Shown here piece by piece: positions 55,235 to 59,254 of a stretch of 59,254 bases of DNA; within the stretch, counting starts at the first letter, position 1; each line of letters opens with the position of its first letter. This DNA is from a virus. Lineage: Duplodnaviria > Caudoviricetes. The DNA lies in IMG/VR virus record IMGVR_UViG_3300023097_000063, positions 1 to 59,254 of that record. The stretch is one strand, 5' to 3'. Made by a program: the position numbers and the translations under genes. The notes beneath the pieces are model-generated. The model was not told where the DNA came from and did not search any database. It worked only from the letters and a program-made list of their open reading frames with translations.

Positions 55235-55654
55235 TCATCGGCGGCCTGTGATGTAGGTGCGGGTGGCGGCTTCGAGCTGGTCTCCGGCGGTGTCGTGGTC
55301 GCGTTCGTTTTGGATGGTGGCGTCGGGGCCGGTGAGGCGGTCGGCGGCTTCGATCCAGGTGACTGCGGCGTCGACGACGGGGGTCATGCGTGTCCAGTCG
55401 GCGCGGAGGGTGTCGGTGTCCATCTGTGTAACGACGAGTTCGCTGCCTTGGGCGAAGAGGTCGTCGGCGGCTTTGGTGCGTTCTTGGTGGAGTTCGGCTT
55501 GGAGGCTGGTGATGAGTGCGGCCTGTTCCTCGATGAGGTCGGCTCCGGCTCCGGCGACTCCGTTGTCGAGGTCTTGGAGCTGGTCGGCGATGAAGCCTGT
55601 GTCGAGGTTGCGGAGGCGTCGTGCGGTCTCGTGCCAGTCGAGTGGTGCGGTCAT
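55235..55654 (-). CDS. coiled-coil hypothetical protein
   Basis: Coupled ORF. Confidence 0.6.
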   Translation of the reverse strand: MTAPLDWHETARRLRNLDTGFIADQLQDLDNGVAGAGADLIEEQAALITSLQAELHQERTKAADDLFAQGSELVVTQMDTDTLRADWTRMTPVVDAAVTWIEAADRLTGPDATIQNERDHDTAGDQLEAATRTYITGRR

Positions 55655-55905
55655 GCCGGGTCTCCGTAGGTGAGGGAGCGGACGGCGGCCAGGGCGTGGC
55701 TGAGGGCGTGGTAGGCGTGTGCGCCTGCGTCGCCGGTGGAGTAGACGGGGCCGAGCGCGTTGTGGAGTTGGCCGGCGGCGGTGTGGACGGCTTCGAGGGC
55801 GGTGATATGGGTGGCTTGGCGGTGGAGGAGGTCGACGATGCGGTGTTTTTCGTCGGCGGTGAGGTTGGTGGTGCTGAGGCGGCGGTGGAGGTCTGCGGTG
55901 TCCAT
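55651..55905 (-). CDS. hypothetical protein
   Basis: Coupled ORF. Confidence 0.55.
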   Translation of the reverse strand: MDTADLHRRLSTTNLTADEKHRIVDLLHRQATHITALEAVHTAAGQLHNALGPVYSTGDAGAHAYHALSHALAAVRSLTYGDPA

Positions 55906-56165
55906 CAGTCGTTGAATCTGCTTCGGTGGCGGTCAGTCCAGCCCTGCAGGGTGGGCTGACGGGTGGCCTCGGCGAGCGCGGACTGAAGCTCCGCGACCTG
56001 GGTGGCAGACAGCGCGACGGCGGTCAGGTCGCCGTACTTCCCGACGATCCCGATCCGGATGGCGCCGGGTTCGAGTTTGGCCAGGATCGGGTTGTCGCTG
56101 GCGGGGCCGATCAGGAGCTGGGCGCGGCCGAGGGTGGGGATTAGCCGGGTGTCGTCGTCGCTCAT
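55905..56165 (-). CDS. hypothetical protein
   Basis: GAGG RBS; ATGA overlap. Confidence 0.55.
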   Translation of the reverse strand: MSDDDTRLIPTLGRAQLLIGPASDNPILAKLEPGAIRIGIVGKYGDLTAVALSATQVAELQSALAEATRQPTLQGWTDRHRSRFND

Positions 56166-56845
56166 CGGGTGGCCTCGGCGTGTCCGTCTTCGATCGGCCA
56201 GTCGTGGCCGGCGCTGGTGGGGGTGCAGCAGTCGGGGTTTTTGCACGGGTAGCCGGGCATGGTCCGGGTGGGGGTGTCGATGGCGGTCGCGGCGAGGTAG
56301 TCGCGGACGGCGGTGTTGAGGTGGGTGAGGCGTCGGGGGCCGAAGTTGTCGCGGTGCCAGGCGATGGCGGCGGCGATGAGGGGCTGCGCGGCGGCGTGCT
56401 GGTGGATGAGGTTGTCGCGGGTGGTGTGGAGGAGTTCCCGGACGCGGTTGCGGAGGCGCTCGATCTCCTCGTCGCGGTCTTCGATGACCTGGCTGAGCTT
56501 GTTGAGTTCGATGGCCTGGGCGGAGACCTGCGCGGCGAGGGACTTGTCGGTGGTCTGGGCGCGTTCGTTGTGGAGGAGGTTGCTGACGGTGGTGGCGATC
56601 TCGGCGATGTCGCGGACGGCCTGGGCGAGGTCGAGGTTGCGGGTTTCGCCGGTGTCAACGGTGGTGCGGAGGGTGGTGTTCTGCTGGTGGAGGCGGTGGT
56701 TGTCGGCGACGAGGGCTGTGAGGGTGTTCGCGATGTGGTCGAGGTCGGCGGTGTCGATGCGCTCGGGTTCGTCGAGTTTGGCGTAGGCGCGGAGGTGGCC
56801 TGCCCATTGTTCGGCGGTGTGGATGAGGTCGCGGGTGTTGGTCAC
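56162..56845 (-). CDS. coiled-coil protein
   Basis: AAAGGA RBS; preceded by TACCCT + CAACGACC. Confidence 0.65.
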   Translation of the reverse strand: MTNTRDLIHTAEQWAGHLRAYAKLDEPERIDTADLDHIANTLTALVADNHRLHQQNTTLRTTVDTGETRNLDLAQAVRDIAEIATTVSNLLHNERAQTTDKSLAAQVSAQAIELNKLSQVIEDRDEEIERLRNRVRELLHTTRDNLIHQHAAAQPLIAAAIAWHRDNFGPRRLTHLNTAVRDYLAATAIDTPTRTMPGYPCKNPDCCTPTSAGHDWPIEDGHAEATR

Positions 56846-56986
56846 GCGTTTTAGTCCTTTCGCGGGTCGTTGTGGTGAGGGTAGCGGGTCAGGTCACGTT
56901 TCCGCTAGGACCGTTTTAGAGGGGTTGGGGGGCGTGGGGGGTTAGTGGGGTGTGGGTTGAGGGGGTTGCGCGTCTCAGCGGCGCCC

Positions 56987-57139
56987 TCAGGCGGTCCAGA
57001 TGCGGTTGCAGCGTGTGCACCAGAACAGTTTCCCCATCCCGGTGTTGATCAGGTGGGATTTGATCCAGCTGTCGCCGGCCGCCCAGTCGTGGTGCATGCA
57101 GTTACGGCGGCGGCGGAGCCAGGCGATCGGGTTCTTCAC
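56987..57139 (-). CDS. small zinc-binding protein
   Basis: GTGA overlap; CMHHDW...CTRC. Confidence 0.5.
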   Translation of the reverse strand: MKNPIAWLRRRRNCMHHDWAAGDSWIKSHLINTGMGKLFWCTRCNRIWTA

Positions 57140-57717
57140 GACGTGAGGCCTTTCAGGTAGGCGTCGATGGCACGGTTGTGACGGGCGTCTTCGAGGGCGT
57201 TGTGGGCGCCTTCGCCCTGGTCGGGGACGGTCGCGCCGAGGCGGGTGGCTTCCTGCTTGAGGTCGTTGGTCCACATGGGGAAGCCTTCGGGCAGGTCGAT
57301 CATGCGGCCGAAGAGCTGGGCCAGGGCGACGTGGTCGTAGGCGCCGTACCAGGCCCACAGCTGCGGGTCGGGGGTCGCGGTGATGAACTCGCGGACGGCG
57401 TTGCGGATCATCCGGCCGGGCATGATCAGGTTGCTGGTCAGGTCGAGGCCGAAATAGCCACCGCCTGTGGACGACATGGAACCCGTGGGCAGCCGGTAGT
57501 TCTTCTTGCCACCGTGGTTGACGGTGAGGGGCAGGTGGGGGATGACGTTGGCCATGAGCCAGTCGTGGTGGCAGATCCGGCCGTAGAGCTCGGTGTCGGA
57601 TTGGATGGCCTCGTTGACGGCGTAGAGCTCGCGGCCGTCTTCGGCGACCATGCCGATCGAGATCAGCTCGATGGTGATTCCGTCTTCGAGGAACTCGGTG
57701 TCGTACCAGATTTTCAT
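57136..57717 (-). CDS. DEDDh 3'-5' exonuclease (Rv2179c/RNase AS-like)
   Basis: YDTEF.EDG..I.LISIG, AYDHV, HNALEDAR. Confidence 0.88.
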   Translation of the reverse strand: MKIWYDTEFLEDGITIELISIGMVAEDGRELYAVNEAIQSDTELYGRICHHDWLMANVIPHLPLTVNHGGKKNYRLPTGSMSSTGGGYFGLDLTSNLIMPGRMIRNAVREFITATPDPQLWAWYGAYDHVALAQLFGRMIDLPEGFPMWTNDLKQEATRLGATVPDQGEGAHNALEDARHNRAIDAYLKGLTS

Positions 57718-57847
57718 GATGTCCTTTTTCTCCGCGTGTGCGGTCTGTGGTTGCGCTTCGGGCTTGAGTGGGTGGTCGGGATTGCGCGTTGGCCGGCTTC
57801 AGCGGTGGGTCGGGTCGTGCCGACGGAGTCGGTGCGAAAGGGGGGTC

Positions 57848-58004
57848 TAAGGGGGGTGGTCCCCCCTTACGTACTCCTCTTACTCCTTTACCCCCCGAAA
57901 AGTGTCGGGTGTGCGGGACGAAAAGTGTCGGGTGTGGTGGATCTTGCGCTCCCGTTGGACGTCGATGCGTTACCCGACGTTTTCCGTCGGGTGTGGTGGA
58001 TCTT
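57848..58004. repeat. iteron-like direct repeats and palindromes (origin-like)
   Basis: CGAAAAGTGTCGGGTGTG at 57896 and 57919; GTCGGGTGTGGTGGATCTT at 57927 and 57986; palindromes at 57848-57869 and 57972-57992. Confidence 0.8.
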
Positions 58005-58320
58005 CAAACGGCTTCACCAGATGCAGCTGATATCGAGTCGTGTGATGGCCGCCCCGGCGGATCGCCCCGCGCCGTTCAAGTGAGATCGCCCCACGCTTAC
58101 GCAACTCGGCCACACCGCGTTCGACAGCCTTGGCATCGGCGGCCGTCAAGGGCGGCAGCCTGCCGAGGGCCTTCTCCGCGAGGTGGGCGTGCCCGAGCCC
58201 GAACCAGGGCTCAGGATCGGTGTCCATCGACTTAGCACACATGTAGATCAGAATCTTGAACGCGACACCGCCGAGGTCGCCGTACAGGTCGTAGGCGGCG
58301 AGCACGTTCCCGGCGCCCAT
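57970..58320 (-). CDS. replication-initiator-like wHTH (short or truncated)
   Basis: AFKILIYM....D...P.F.G...LA..., VERGVAELRKRGAI, T.Y.L; ends in repeat array. Confidence 0.65.
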   Translation of the reverse strand: MGAGNVLAAYDLYGDLGGVAFKILIYMCAKSMDTDPEPWFGLGHAHLAEKALGRLPPLTAADAKAVERGVAELRKRGAISLERRGAIRRGGHHTTRYQLHLVKPFEDPPHPTENVG

Positions 58321-58563
58321 CAGCCACATGCCGACGGGGTGTACGCACATGCGTTCTTGAGAGTCGTTTCGGTACACTCGGCCACAGGTGCCGTCCTTAT
58401 CTGCCAAGGGCTGCGCTTAGGGCTCCGCCAGGTGTGTCCGCACCTGCCGGTCCCGTGTCCGCCGATACTAGCCCCCACAAGGTCAACGGCGTAGACGTCG
58501 AAACGGCCCCCACCACACCCCGTCAGGGCTGCGATGGGGGGCGTTCACACACCCGGGTACTCA

Positions 58564-58899
58564 CTACACGAGTACCCGCATGCCCAGATCCGGGCGTACG
58601 TGAGCGACGAGCTGCCATTGGGCTTCGATCCACCGCCGATCGGCCCAGGTCAACAGCCGATACGAAGTGGTGTCCATCTCCTCCGACCACGGCTCCCGGA
58701 CCAACCGACCGCCGTCGTACGGCACGAACGTCCGCTCCACGCGGAACCCCGGCGTGCCGCGGCCCTCCAGCCAGCGGTGGACGCGTTCCCGCTCCGCCTC
58801 GGTGAAGTCGTCTGGCATGGCCGCCGGGTTCACGCAAGCGCCGGCGTTCAGCTGGGCGACGACTACGTCTGTGAACGCGTCGACCCGATCCCGGTTCAT
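58564..58899 (-). CDS. hypothetical protein
   Basis: GAGG upstream; isolated ORF. Confidence 0.5.
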   Translation of the reverse strand: MNRDRVDAFTDVVVAQLNAGACVNPAAMPDDFTEAERERVHRWLEGRGTPGFRVERTFVPYDGGRLVREPWSEEMDTTSYRLLTWADRRWIEAQWQLVAHVRPDLGMRVLV

Positions 58900-59014
58900 G
58901 CCGGGGGTACCGCCTCTCACGTACGGCCTAAAATGCCAGCCAGCCCCGCCGTACCGGTGGGCCGGGCGGCAGGGTCACGGACCGGCCGGGAACAGAAGGC
59001 CCGGCCGGTCCGGG

Positions 59015-59218
59015 TCACCCAGCCCGCCTACGACCGCCCGCACCGTTCGGATCCAGCCCGAGCTTCCCCCGCACCCGCGACACCGACGACTGCGCCAACC
59101 CCATCCGCACACCAATCTGCCGGTCCGACAACCCCGCACCGTGCCAGAACCGGACCATCGCCTCCTGCTTCACCGGATCCCAATCCCCCTTCTTCCGCCC
59201 CGACCCCCCCCCCCCCAC
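59015..59218 (-). CDS. small HTH protein (sigma-70 region 4-like)
   Basis: GLSDRQIGVRMGLAQSSVSRVRGKLGL; 5' end lies in low-complexity window edge. Confidence 0.6.
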   Translation of the reverse strand: MGGGGSGRKKGDWDPVKQEAMVRFWHGAGLSDRQIGVRMGLAQSSVSRVRGKLGLDPNGAGGRRRAG

Positions 59219-59254
59219 CCACCCCCACCACCCCCCCTCCCCGCCCGCCGTCGC

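Larger units (their letters stand above)
1..59254. mobile_element. Actinobacteriophage/prophage genome (long-tailed siphovirus), near complete, both ends truncated
   Basis: Complete head-tail module, lysis genes, phage-type DNA metabolism genes, dense small ORFs with 4-bp overlaps, high GC, actinobacterial families (DUF397, DUF1360, DUF2637-like); no host housekeeping genes. Confidence 0.95.

Noticed and set aside
59195-59254. Poly-C / G-quadruplex-like terminal tract
   Set aside because: At the window edge and likely low-quality sequence; cannot be supported as a genome terminus

Overview
High-GC actinobacteriophage (siphovirus-type) sequence, probably most of one genome. It is broken at a 12-bp coding tandem repeat (left end) and a poly-C tract (right end). 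The minus strand carries a full virion module (22.8-48 kb): terminase, portal, MuF-like protein, maturation protease, hexamer- and pentamer-type capsid proteins, major tail, neck proteins, a frameshifted tail chaperone, tape measure and minor tail proteins. Directly after it lies a 9-gene glycan-synthesis cluster (4 glycosyltransferases, 2 SAM methyltransferases, 1 NDP-sugar epimerase/dehydratase, 2 small unknown ORFs). Also present are thyX, a C5 DNA methyltransferase, a DEDDh 3'-5' exonuclease, an AAA/RecA-like ATPase, endolysin, holin, a Nudix hydrolase and many small early genes. No integrase, DNA polymerase, primase or helicase was recognised. The most unusual elements are: (i) a ~550-nt promoter-driven structured non-coding locus with two tRNA-shaped modules whose anticodon arms are remodelled; (ii) the tail-linked glycosylation/methylation cluster, with Thr/Pro-rich candidate substrates elsewhere in the window; (iii) a CAACGACC motif at a near-fixed distance after TAnnnT -10 boxes at many promoters; (iv) two short Rep-like wHTH genes that each stop inside an iteron-like array; (v) an inverted, leaderless Acb2/Tad1-like gene inside the tail module; (vi) a sortase-anchored LPVTG surface protein. 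All family assignments come from motif recognition by eye; no database search was run.
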